Positions 22,201 to 32,900 of a stretch of DNA of 64,000 bases are shown piece after piece (within the stretch, counting starts at the first letter, position 1; each line of letters starts with the position of its first letter). The notes beneath the pieces were generated by a model. It was not told the DNA's origin. It did no database searches and saw only the letters and a program-made list of their open reading frames with translations. Both the position numbers and the translations under genes were made by a program. The stretch is from Carpediemonas membranifera BICM (Eukaryota > Protista > Fornicata), in assembly GCA_019828565.1 (NCBI GenBank), contig JAHDYR010000038.1:1-64000 (forward strand). The letters are read 5' to 3'.

Positions 22201-22544
22201 TCGAAGAGACGCAGGTGCATCTCCTCGGCAAGCGCTGGAGGGATGAAGTTAAGGCTGGCACCGGTATCAAGCAAGGCGGTGCGAGGGACGTGGTCAGAGA
22301 AATGGAGGCTCACATGAGGGCTGCTGTTGTTGGTGTGGGCGGCCAACTTAGCAGTGAGGTTGAGCGCTTGGCGACGGATGCCATGCGCGAAGAAGCCGGG
22401 GTGATCCCGGTGAGGGCACTCGGGCCGTACATGACCTGTGAGGCCACAACCGTGGCAGATGAGCTCCGACTTCGGCCGGCGATCGACGGTAGGGGCGGTC
22501 GGCTCAGCCTTGGCCTTGATGGGCGGAGGGCGCCGGGGCGGCAT
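19296..22544 (-). CDS. pol: Gypsy pol: CCHC knuckle, protease, RT, RNase H, integrase, chromodomain
   Basis: CHGCGLTGHVRPEC, LLDTGA, YLDD, TDAS, H-H-CPVC, DFIGP/SDQG/IERRN, EYTVEDIIDHR...VRWAGYGPDDDTWLP. Confidence 0.96.
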   Translation of the reverse strand: MPPRRPPPIKAKAEPTAPTVDRRPKSELICHGCGLTGHVRPECPHRDHPGFFAHGIRRQALNLTAKLAAHTNNSSPHVSLHFSDHVPRTALLDTGASLNFIPPALAEEMHLRLFEAHVPLETANGTITAEYTTRPVTITLQLERPVEVTAEFFVLPSAGELIIGVPTIRAVGLLPDLLAPRAEAEFVEATPVPLPDDRAPAEIAHPLIQDYPDLFASELPGVIGVEPFHIDLSDTDVAPFPPRRMSPALAEAVKAEVDGLLARGIIQPSTSPFASPAFTVPKRGGKRRMVIDYRRLNEKTVPLQYPLSNPAELHRRLAGHNYYTTIDLVSGYHQVPVDPASRPLTAFATPAGLFEFCRLPFGLRCAPSFFQRMMMSVLNGLVGRICEVYLDDVIIHGDTQEELDRNTRAVFDRLQQHQFRLGRDKCQFAKTEVEYVGHLISKKGIRTSPERVAAIVAMKPPSSVAAVRSFTGMTNYLREFIPNYASVLAPIVDLTKAKVPFVWGKAQQQAFEEVKRLIMRRPILAYPDYSRTLIVRTDASTAGCGGVLLQEKDGEEQVIAYTSHRFTEAEQRWSTIEQELFGVFHAIISFEHFILGHPFVVETDHRNLTYLESTTTPKLVRWRLRLSEYDFTVRHIAGVNNEVADCLSRCLTIRSQRVASPVDITHQVRQLFGKCHNARVGHMGTRITTDRIAAQLPSFARKAIEKHVKPLVRTCPVCQLTRQRAKVSVDLPRQPTMAPYPMHTWAVDFIGPFPEEHGFRHILAAVDCFSRFVELVPTPDCTAQSAVTAIMQLVGRYGCPAHIRSDQGPHFTAHLFAQLSRILNIQHDFTLPYHHQYNGIIERRNKEVNRHLRAAMNELTDDLADWVACLPLVQRTLNCTPCAATGNIPPANIMFGNLTDTDRVLLHNPVEGVGDVALYYDNLLEAQRQLVKAVPVPKPRPVTQTTFTVGQAVVVTRPDNARGPSRLSPIYMGPYTVASLDGTLATLTNLRTRAEETYDLRRLVPFLGDYTPDDLTAFAAAGEQEYTVEDIIDHRSGRTKTRFRFRVRWAGYGPDDDTWLPYAEVRDLEALDRYLSKTGIQL

Positions 22545-23094
22545 GTCGAGGCGGGGCTCGTCGCGGAAAAGATTCGCTCTGCGCGCGGATGGAGACTATG
22601 TCATCGAGCTCTGTGATGGCCGCCTCACAGGCCTCAGCGAAGGTCTCGGGGCTAACGATCTTGAGGCGAGTCTTGAGGGCCGAGGGGAGCGAGGCAGTGA
22701 AGAGCTTCCGCGTCTGTTGATCGATGGGGCGAGTGTTATCATCACATAGCGCGAGGGTCTTATGGTAAGTGTCTATGTGGGCTAAGAGGGCCGGCGGCTC
22801 GAGGGAGCGCAGGCGGAGGCGCTGGATAGACTGGTAAGCTTCAACTTGTGTATGAAACTTGAAGAACTCGGTCGCGATAGTGTCGAAGAGGTCGCCGTCG
22901 GGGATATCGTCGATAGGGACGCGGAGGCGCACGAGGCGCGTGACAGATGGGCTAAGGAAGGTTGCAAGGGGAGGTAGTTGGAGATTGAGGGCTCTCGCTT
23001 GAACTTGGTAGTGATCGACGTCGTCCTGGAAGGTGAAGAAGGCAGAACGCGTAAGCGATCGCAAATACGGGATGGTGATGCCAAAAGACTGCAT
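22504..23094 (-). CDS. gag: Gypsy gag (capsid part)
   Basis: Starts 14 nt after the 5' LTR and overlaps pol in another frame. Confidence 0.8.
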   Translation of the reverse strand: MQSFGITIPYLRSLTRSAFFTFQDDVDHYQVQARALNLQLPPLATFLSPSVTRLVRLRVPIDDIPDGDLFDTIATEFFKFHTQVEAYQSIQRLRLRSLEPPALLAHIDTYHKTLALCDDNTRPIDQQTRKLFTASLPSALKTRLKIVSPETFAEACEAAITELDDIVSIRAQSESFPRRAPPRHAAPAPSAHQGQG

Positions 23095-23107
23095 GTAGTA
23101 TCGATAC

Positions 23108-23226
23108 TGTGCTTGGTTTGGCCTTGAAGGGAACTTTCCAATTAATGGATGAGAACTGATTTACTCCTGGAAACCGCAGTGGTGAAAATGGTCAAAAACC
23201 AAAACCTTAAACTGCGCCTCACCACA
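23108..23226 (-). repeat. 5' LTR
   Basis: 118/119 identical to 19165-19283. Confidence 0.96.
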
Positions 23227-23230
23227 ATAC

Positions 23231-23420
23231 AGTCCAAGGCTACATAGCGGCGGCGCAGGCCGGCCAGCAAGGTGGCGCTCCCCGGGCGATCCAATCGTCT
23301 GGGAGCACTACTGTCGTAGTGGAGGGATCATCGGGAAGTCGCTTGGAGTGCGTCCACGCCCCAACCCAGCCGGCGGGCGTCGGACGCAGTCCCGATGAGA
23401 TCCCCTCCCTACGACAGTAA
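23231..23420 (+). pseudogene. Tyrosine recombinase, 3' part with the catalytic Tyr
   Basis: Removing the gypsy element and one TSD restores GWLGHDTVQGYIAAAQ..., ending at TAA 23418-23420. Confidence 0.85.
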
Positions 23421-23853
23421 ATGGCGCGAGCCGAGTCATCCGACTCAATCATGCGACCCAATTCGCTGAAAAACGACTCGGCCGGCCATGGCCACCAGGG
23501 CGCCAACAGCCTGTCCAAACGAGTCTATACGGGCTAAAAGGGGCGTAAGAGGTCTCATTTCGGCCTGGATGGTTGGAGAGCTTGGAGGCCAGACCAGCAT
23601 GGATGCCAGCGGATGGGGCAGCAGCAGAGCGCCAAACCGGAACCATGGGTCAAAATGAGGTGTTAAATGGCCGTAATGTACATGAATATGACTGCAGAAC
23701 TCACCAGAATTGCCCTATCCTGTGGCTGGTCGACCTGCTACGAGGCCGGCTTGACTGGAGTTGCCTGGACTGAGTCAGACGCCCACAGCGATACTTCGTT
23801 AGAAATGCTTGAGAGGTGGAGGGACGTTTATCGTACAGGGCTATTGCCATATG

Positions 23854-25197
23854 TCACACGCCGACGCTCATCCACGCGCCAGCCTTCAGTTTCGGACCCG
23901 TGTTAGTCTGCATTGCCAGGCGCGCTGCACGCATCATGTCATGACTTTGCGACTCATTCAAATACTTCTGGGTAATCCCCTTAAACTGCGCTTCCCCGAG
24001 CTCCGAGTGTAGAACCATGAGACATGCCCGGCCGTTGGTCCTGGTGGCCGAGCTCTGGTCCGTGACGAGCGAGTAGACGCCCTTCACGATGTCCCCGAGC
24101 TGGTAGGACGCCGGCACCGACGGCAGCCGGGGAATGGTCTGGCCGAGCGCCTCAGCCACGTGGGCGCGGTACGACGCGTTCCGGTTGCGGACCCCGGCGA
24201 GGAGCCCGCTGATGACGAGATCGGGCCGGGCGGACGAGGCGACTGCGAGCAGACACTCGTGGGCCCGGTCTGTGAGGAAGGCGTTGGAGACGCACGCCCG
24301 CTTGAGGGCGACGTTGAGGGTGGAGACAATGGTGTTCTTGTCCCGGACAAAGAGATTGGCCCGTCCGGCCTCAGTGGCCGAGGCTACATAGATGTCCCGG
24401 AGCGTCTCAAGGGCGACCTTGGCGACCCCAGACCGCAGAGAGTCGACCGTTGCCAGGATAAGCTTGAACATGCGGGGCAGCTCGGGGAACTCGAGCAGCA
24501 CGCCTATCGAGTGCTGGGCCGCCCGCTGCACCGTGACCAGGGCGTCCTTCTGAACCTCCCAGCCGTCCGCCTCCAGCCCCGCCACTGCAGTCTGAAGCTC
24601 CCGTACAGGGTCTGTGAGGGGCACCAGGGAGCGCTCCTCACGAACGACAGAGCGGGGACGGGTTGGCTGCGATGGCCGCGAGGGCAGGGGCAACGCCGGG
24701 GAGGGCAGATCAGTGCCGATACTGACTGTCGATGGTTGTCGCACAAGAGCCTTCGGCCTATCGCTGTCGGACGGGCCGCGGGTCATAGTGCGCCCTGGGG
24801 CGGGGGGCCGCACGAGCCTTGGCCTGTCTGGTGGAAGCGTCGGCTGAGACGGTATCACAGTGCTAACTTCAGCCCTCTGCGGCATTGGCGGCGCCGTCAT
24901 ATTCAGCAGCGAGCGTCTGACAGATGGCTTGCGACTGTCGGCTGGAACTGTATTCCGCATACTTAAAGGATAGCGGCCGTTATCAACCACATCGGGCTGT
25001 AAACTAGTACCATGATTTGCTACAGGCGTACTGGGCGCCGAAATTGGTGCTTTGCTTCGTAACATTGCTAATATTTCATTTCTTCTTGAAGCACTCGATT
25101 GCGACGATGATGCTGACATGGCTTCTCTTCGCCCAGAAGCCAACAACGACACACTTGTCCTCCGAGTCCTCAGCTGCGCGGACTCTACTCGATTCAT
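23854..25197 (-). CDS. TOG/CLASP-N HEAT-domain microtubule protein (TOGARAM/CLASP-like)
   Basis: Disordered P/S/R-rich N-half, then WEVQKDAL...DSLRSGVAKVAL...SNAFL...DQSSATRTNGR HEAT/TOG pattern. Confidence 0.8.
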   Translation of the reverse strand: MNRVESAQLRTRRTSVSLLASGRREAMSASSSQSSASRRNEILAMLRSKAPISAPSTPVANHGTSLQPDVVDNGRYPLSMRNTVPADSRKPSVRRSLLNMTAPPMPQRAEVSTVIPSQPTLPPDRPRLVRPPAPGRTMTRGPSDSDRPKALVRQPSTVSIGTDLPSPALPLPSRPSQPTRPRSVVREERSLVPLTDPVRELQTAVAGLEADGWEVQKDALVTVQRAAQHSIGVLLEFPELPRMFKLILATVDSLRSGVAKVALETLRDIYVASATEAGRANLFVRDKNTIVSTLNVALKRACVSNAFLTDRAHECLLAVASSARPDLVISGLLAGVRNRNASYRAHVAEALGQTIPRLPSVPASYQLGDIVKGVYSLVTDQSSATRTNGRACLMVLHSELGEAQFKGITQKYLNESQSHDMMRAARLAMQTNTGPKLKAGAWMSVGV

Positions 25198-25295
25198 GGA
25201 GTTTCTCAGGCTAAAATGCACTCGAAGATCTGCCCGCAGATGAAGAGGTTCAAACGCCGACCCAGGTAACTGCGAGAGTTTATCTATCTACAGAT

Positions 25296-26708
25296 TCACT
25301 GGGCGCGCGTCCCCGCATATACGAACATGTTTGTGGCCGTGGCAACAGCGATGATGTCCTCGGTCGGGTGCCACCCCATGTGGAGGATCTTCCGGGCTGT
25401 GTCCACGTTCCCAATGAGGCCCTGCCCTCTGGCCCGAGTCTTGGTCAGGCGCGGCGTCTTGGTCGCCCCGCGCTTCCTGGTCGCACGCTCACGGGAGGCC
25501 TCGATGCATATGCCGCCCCGACCCATCCTATCGTAAATGTGGAAGTTGTTGTTGTAACTACCGGTCAGGACGTGCGAACCACTCGGGGAGACGGCGCACT
25601 CGAACTTGTCGAAGATGACGTCCTGCTCGAACAGATGGGGCAAATGGGGCTTAAGGCTGTCGTGAATCGGGATGGTGTGCAGTGGCCGCGACTCCATGGC
25701 GACGTCCCACACCTTGAGCGTGAGGAAGTCCCGGGAGAACATGTACTTGCCGTCCTTGGAGAAGTGCAAGTCGGAGATGGACGAGGCGATCTCCTGGTAG
25801 AAAGACTTGGGTGGCTGGCCGGCAGTGGACTCGTTGAAGCTCTTGGAGCCGAAGTCACAGAGGGCTGAGGCGCGCAGGTCGCAGAGGCGGATGACGCCCT
25901 TGGACGTGCCGTAAGCGAAGGTCGCGGCCTCGCCTGGGTGGCACTCGGCGGCAGTGATGACTTCAACCAGGTTGTCGAGGTTCGGGGGGCGGATGTCGAC
26001 GACGTTGAAGGCGGTCTCAGGCCGTTCCGTGCTCCACATGTTGATGCGGAGGTCGTCGGCAGAGAGGAACGTCACGCCGTCGCTGCTGAGGGAGAGGCTG
26101 TTGATGTGGTAGGCGTGGGCGTTGTTGAACACACGCTTGGGGGCCGCACTGAGGACGCTCTTCGACCCCACGAGCCGTGGGATCTGCACGGTGCCGGCAG
26201 GCCTGGGCGCAGCGCTCATTGACGCAAGCTGCTTACTCTTGCGCTCATAAACCTTCCAGAGCTTGACTGTCTTGTCATTGGTTGTCAAAAGGAAGTGGGC
26301 TCCCGCCTGTGGGTGGCACCATCGGATCTGATTGATCTTCTCGTCGATCTCGAGGCTACGAAGATAGTCGAACTCTGTGTGAGGCGTCATACGCGGACAA
26401 ACCCTGTTCGTGGGACTGGAATTCGGTGAAGAAGCGGTATTGTGCGCTGTGACGGTGCCGGGTCCCAGAGGGCGATTTAGGGGTCTTTTCAACCCTTTCA
26501 AAGAGAACAACGCGCCCACCGTGATCTCCAGCAGCCAGAAAATCGCCTGTAGTGTTGAACTCGATGGAAGAGATCAGGTCCTCTTGGTAAGGTCAACAGG
26601 AAAATGCAACGAACCTTCTTTCACGTCCTCAATCGCCGCCACATCCCCAAACACCTGGCAGAACTTCCAAGAAGAGTCTTGGTTGAATTTGAAGGATTCT
26701 GCGGCCAT
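25296..26708 (-). CDS. PPP2R2: PP2A regulatory subunit B55 (WD40); introns 26614-26583 (32 nt) and 26402-26375 (28 nt)
   Basis: Spliced product MAAES...WKFCQVFG...EDLISSIEF...[10 protein letters not shown]...[21 protein letters not shown]; also [26 protein letters not shown]. Confidence 0.95.
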
Positions 26709-26951
26709 TTCAACGAAAGGACTCGAGCCGCGTTTTTTCTTGCACGATGTCCAAAATGTCGTTCTTCATCGAGGGTCAGACTCCCCAAGGGCGGCTTGTG
26801 CATTCAGCACTATTCGTAGGGCACATTTTAATTTCTTCATCAATGACAACGCAAGGCAAAAAGCAAAAAAAGTGACAACAGACGACATATTGGATACCAC
26901 TCGAGCGATTCGCAGCTGCGAGGCGACCGACAAGGCTGCTACTTCTTGAAA

Positions 26952-29900
26952 ATGAACATCTGGCAAAATTTCTGGAAAACCAGCTCGATGCCAGAGAGGC
27001 TAGCGATAAAGCAGAACCGTGCTTTTGAGCATGCCTGTGATACATTATGGAAGATAATAAGTTCGGAAGCGATCCAGCCCCTCTCCGGGACTCCTCTTCC
27101 AAGAGAGAACGTAATCACTGCCCTTGAGCGCATAACCAAGGCTATTTGGCCCGCCAAGACAGCGATAGAATGCAAGGAGATTGCTATTTCCGCATGGACA
27201 GACCACATGTCCGCTCCCATCCGCAAGTCCGGTTCAGCAATCATGGTACGAGAGCACTTCATCGAGTTCGTCCTCGACATGTGCGGACTGTGGCTCCCCG
27301 ACAAGCCAGTGGAGCATTACATCAAGTTCATGAAGGGTCTCTCCCAGTCTGTGGCGGTTGTAACCATCAACGGCACGCCCTTTACACCTCAGGACTTCCA
27401 GGCTCAGCAGGCCGATGGCGCGGAGGTCATCCCGTTTGAGTTCATCAAGACACTGCAGAACTATTGGGAGGGCAAGGAGGCGGACGTCACATTCGCCCTG
27501 TCCGAGGATCCAGCGCACTTCGATGTTGTCAAGAATCAGCTGACGCCGCCACCCCAGACAATGCCAGGCCCGCCGACCGGGACCAGGGTCACGCCAGAGC
27601 CCATGGAGTTCAACGATATGGCATCGATGCCGACCCAGTGTTCCGGGGTGGATCACGATGCGGAGCTGCGGCGTGTGGTCTCCACCGACCTCAGCGACGC
27701 CCCCGTCACGGCGGTCATCATCGCACCGTACTTCTCTGCCACAGTTCAGAGGGCGGGTGAGGTGTTGGCCGGTCAGCTTGGCAGGCCGCTGCTGACCCCC
27801 GACATTGTCGCGGCGAAGCTCATTGCCTGGTTCCCTGCAGAGACCCACCCCAAGATCGCCGAGTCCGGCACTCTCTTCCGTAAGGAGGTTGAGGACGAGG
27901 AGGAGCCCGAGCCCGAGGAGGAGCAAGAGGAGCAAGAGGACGAACCCGCCGAGCCCGTCGGCCCCTGGGACTTCGCCCGCACAGACGCCCCGGCCCCGGA
28001 CCTCATCCAGCTGCGGACCATCCTGGATGAGTACGTCGAGCGGCGGGGCGGGGAGAGGGGTGCCCTGTCGGCGGCGGCACACATCTCCGCCCCGGACTTC
28101 TCCCACATGCTGACCGTCTTCACGGCGATTGCCCAGGCGGTCCGGGTGGCGGATGGATTTACGGCGCCGCTGTCAGAGACAGGCGTAGTGCTGTGTGGCA
28201 TGCCATACTCGATGCCGAACGCCCCCGCACCAGGGTTTGTCGGGCGTGTGAGCGACATCATGGACCTCCGGCCGGCCGCGGTTTTGTCATTCATGCCCGA
28301 AACGACGGCTGCGGTGTACACCCGCGACTACCAGGGCGCGCTACGGCCCGCGACGGGGGCCCTGCATCCTGATACAGCCGCCGTGACCGCGGCGTACAAG
28401 GACCTCGTCGACGCTGTCAAGGATGCGTGGCAGTGCCCCATCGTGAAGGTGCCGATGCTGGCAGAACCCGAGGCTGCGGCTGCCATGGCGGTGCGTGCGA
28501 TGCCCTTCGAAGTACAGGTCGGGCTGAGGTGGGCCCGGCGAGCGACACCTGCCGCCACACTGGATCCCAGCGAGGACGGCGAGGAAGGAGATGAGGCCCC
28601 AACTCCCGCCAGCTGGGATGACCAGGTGCGTGCCCTCGTCGCCCCCCCGCTGCCCCCGCGCCCCACTGACGAGGCTGATGACGATGCCGAGGAGGAGGAG
28701 GCTGATCCCATCGAGGGCCTCGATATCGGCGAGCTGGAGCCGCCTGCCCGACCAACTCTGGCCACATGGCCGACTGGCGGTCTGTCGGGTTGGCTTGAGC
28801 CGACGACACTCAGCGAGATCGGGCCATTGTGCCCCGTGGCAACCGTTCGGGACGGACACGCGGTGTGCGGGTCGCCTCAGTTCGCGGTTCTGTCACTCGG
28901 CCGGTTATGGCTGTGCGCTGGTGCCGACGAGCGGGAGGCCTTTGTCTCCAGCCCGAAAGATACGATCCGGGCCGCCCTCCAGTGGGCCTCGAAGCCTGAC
29001 GCCATCACCGGCCCTGTCCTCGTGCTTGTGCCGGACGATCCGCACTTTAGGGTGACCATGGCGACTGTGCTGGAGTCGACTGCCCTTGACATGCATGTCG
29101 AGCCCGTGTGGCCGGGGTCGGTCGAGGAGGCGACCTTAGCGCTTTGCAGCGAGAGTCCCGCCTTCGTTATGACAACGGAGCCGATGCTCCGCGCCGTTGT
29201 CGACCTCATCGACCCCAAGCCGGAGCCTCAGCCGGACGATGCGGCCGAGAGCAAGGAGGACGAGGAGGCCATTGAGCCGGAGATGCAGCCAGAAGACGAG
29301 CCCGAGCAGGACCAGCCTGAGACCGAGGCTGAAGAGATCGCCGAAGCAGACCAGGACGCAGCCGACGAGGGGGAGGAGAAGCCGGAAGAAGAGGCTGAAC
29401 CTGAAGCCGAGCCCGAGCCTCAGAGACATCTGCAGGTTCAACGTGTCGTTTTGCTCAATGGCGAACTTGCGAACAAGCGCATGCCTGTCGCGCCCAAGCC
29501 GGACCCGGACGACGGCGACGAGGCTGAGGAGGAAGACGAAGAGGCGGAGCCCACTGTGGCCCCCAGGTTCTCCGTGTCCGGGGAGACGCGGGCACTGCTG
29601 CGGGCCCGATGCCCCCAGGCGCCGCACGTCAGCCTGCCCCTCGGCCTGATGTGGTGCGAGGACTGGGCCGCGATCGCCCAGAAAGCGCTGGACGAGACTG
29701 CTGACAACGACGCCGAGGCCGCGTTTGAGAAACGAAAGGCCGAGTTGGAAGCCAGGGTAGCCGAGCAGCAACAAGCGATCTCTGCCCTCGAGGCCGAGAC
29801 CAAGGAGCTTGCCTCCGAGAAGGAAGGCATGCTTCACCCTCCCGAACCAGAGCCCGCCGGGGAGGGTGACGATGAGGCGGCTGAAGGGCAAGAGGACTCC

Positions 29901-32900
29901 GCTGATGCCGACAAGTCCGGGGGGCCAGAGGATGTGTCTGCTGAAGCCGATAACCCCGAGCCCACGGAGCCCCAGCCGGTCGAGCTGACCGAGGAGCAGC
30001 AGACGAGGGTAGCCGAGATCGACGCACGTGTCGCTGCCATTGACGAAGAGCTCCCAGTGGTCAAGGCTGCGCTGGAGGAGGTCTCAGCTGCCCTCTCTGG
30101 CTTGACCGCGGCCCAGTTCAGGCAGCCGCCCTACACTCTGGTGACGGACGACAGCCGCACCACGGTCCCACTCGACACGGTGCATGCCGCCGTCCGCAAG
30201 GCCCTATCCTGGTGGGTTGCTCCCACAGTGGAGCCGGTGGTTGCCCCGCCCGGGGTCTGCGGCGTGTTCGACCCCATCCACCTCGAGGCCAACCGGCTCA
30301 TCCGGGGTCACGCCGACTGCCACTGTCTTTACCGGGGACGCAGCTACTACTTCTCTTCAGAACCCCATCGCGCGGCCTTCAGACTTGACCCGGACCGCTT
30401 TATGTCGCCAGCCGTCCCGCGGTCAGTGGTTGTGCACGTTGCCGATAACGACCGCGCCATCCCATTCCTCAAGGACACCCTGCTGCACCGTGTCGACGTG
30501 TTCGGCCTGGGCGACGACGACACTGTCTTCACCGCTCTGGCGGCCGTGGAGCAGTCACCGGTGCATGCCCAGCTCGTGCTCACGCCGGGCCTCGTGCGCC
30601 GGACGGTGGAAGGGATGGAGGAAGCCCGCCTGGAGAAGGAGAGGGCCGAGCGGAAGGCCGCGAAGGAGGCCGCCCGGGCTGCCCGCGAGGAGGCGGGTGA
30701 GGAGGACGAAGAAGAAGAAGAAGAAGACGAGGAAGAGGAGCCGGAGGAGTACGAGACAGTATTCGAGCGTCACCAGCCCGCCCTCGCTGACGCCATTCGA
30801 GAGACTCTGGGCCGCTGCGGCGCACATGTGATTGTGACACACCAGGCGCCTGAACCCGACGAAGATACGGACATGGCAACGTCGATGCTGGACTTCATCC
30901 GATATGTCTGCATCGCCCAGTGCGCTTCGGTGATCGCCCACACGTACGTGCCGCCCAGTGACCCTGACGAGGACGAGGACGAGGACGAGGACCGCGTCAT
31001 GCCGACGGACCCCGAGGCAACTAGGGCAGCAGTGGCCGCACAGACCCTTGATTCCCGCCGCACGAGACTCGAACCGGCATACATTTGCACGCCAGACGAC
31101 GCAGCCACGCTTGAACACGCCATTGCAGTCGGTTCGGTCGCACTGACCCGGTTTGGGATGGTGTGCCCCGCTACATTCCGCCAGGATGGATCCACCACCG
31201 CGCCCTGCAGGCTGCCCTCCCAGCCCGACGGACCTGGCCCCACGGCACTCGAGCTGTCAGGCCCCTCGCGGGCCGCTGTGGTCCACCGCAGCCTGGCAAT
31301 GTTCCCCACGCCGGAGAATACGGCCCGGGTTGCCGCAGACCCAGTGGCATTCGCAGGCCGCATGCCCAATGCCCTGACGACGCCCTCGCTGTGCTTTGAA
31401 GGCCGCCCCATGTTTGCTCCCGCTTCCATCGACGGACTCGTACCCCAGAACCTCGGCCGCACTGCCCTGTGCATCACAGGCCCCCCGCAGTCCGGCAAGA
31501 CTACCACGGCGAAGTCGCTGGCGGAGTCGGCCGGTCTCGTCTACGTGGCCCTCGCTGACATAATCCGGGACTTCATGGACATGCCCGACGACAACGCCCT
31601 TGCAGCCATCATCAAGACGACGCTATTGGACGGCCAGGCGCTGTCCGATGATCTCGTGGCAGACGTCGCCTCCTGGGCGATTGCCCGGGCCGGTGACTGT
31701 GTGCTTGACGGATTCCCGGCCACACCCGCACAGCTTGAGGCGCTGCGGGCCCGGGGTCTCTCCCTGCCCGTGTATTACTTGGAGCACACGCTGCCCTTCT
31801 TGGAGTCTAGCGCCACGGCCGATGCGCAACCGCACCACGTGCTGCCGCTTCCACCCCTGCCCCGCGCCCAGGAAGAGGAGGAGGACGAGGAAGAGGAGGC
31901 CGAGGAGGAGGACGAGGAAGAGGAGGCCGAGGAGGATGAGGATGCGCCCAAGCCCCGTATCCACGTCGAAGACACCACCGTCACTGGCGCCAATCCGGCC
32001 GCAGGGCTGGTTGGCATGGACGGCGTGATATCAATCGCCCAGCAGGACTCCCCATGGATGGCCGCCGACACAATCAGAGCCACACTGCGCCAGACCAACA
32101 GGGCACGCGTGGCCCACCTCATGGCCGAAGCGGACCGGCCGACCCCCTTCACCGGGACCCCTGAGGAACTGCGGGCCATGGCAGCGCCATCGATGCCGTA
32201 CTGCGCGGTCCACCTCTCTGGACGATGGCGTCTGGATGCCGACGACGGCATCAGCCTTGGATCAAGGATATCCGATCTGGCATGCGGTCGCTATGTCACT
32301 GAGGAGCCTGACCAGGACGCCATCCGCCTTGTTGACCTCGGTATGGATCCCGCCAGGGCCATAGTTTTCCGCGGCAAGGCGTATGCGGTGAGTGGGACAC
32401 CGGCCGTGCGGGCCTTCATGGTCCGCCCGACCCTGTTCACAGACGCCCCCGAGGTCGTGAACCGGACGTCTGAGGCTGCGTCACTTGATGCGATAGACGA
32501 CACGCCTCAGGCTGTCAAGCGCGCTGCCGACTCAGCCGAGGTGTCTCTTGGCGGTCTTTGCCCCGTAACCCTCAACCCGGTCAGCGCCGCCCGCTTTGTT
32601 CTGGGCCGCCCTGATGCGGTGGCTGAGTACGCTGGATCGAAGTTTATGTTCGTGTCCGACCTGGCTCGCCACACCTTCATGCGGTCGCCCTGGCGCTTCG
32701 TCAACCTACCTCTCCCGAACCCACTACCAAATCCCGCCATGCCCCACACTGTCCAGGGCCTCACTGACCGCGGCTATCTCGAGGCTGAGTTCGCGGAGTT
32801 GCTAACAGAGGCTCTGGCTCAGTTGGGCGAATTCCAACCTGTTTCTGTCGGATCTGTGTCGGCCGAGTCGATGGCACACCTCTTCCTGGGCCTATGGGTC

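Larger units (their letters stand above)
19165..23226 (-). mobile_element. Ty3/gypsy chromovirus LTR retrotransposon, full length, young
   Basis: 119-bp TG...CA LTRs with 1 mismatch. ATAC TSD at 19161-19164 and 23227-23230. PPT (AGAGAGGGTAG on the minus strand) at 19284-19294. Confidence 0.96.
15865..23441 (+). mobile_element. DIRS-type tyrosine-recombinase retrotransposon, interrupted by a gypsy insertion; termini not resolved
   Basis: RT-RNaseH followed by MT-like and YR coding regions; YR resumes after the gypsy element. Confidence 0.85.
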
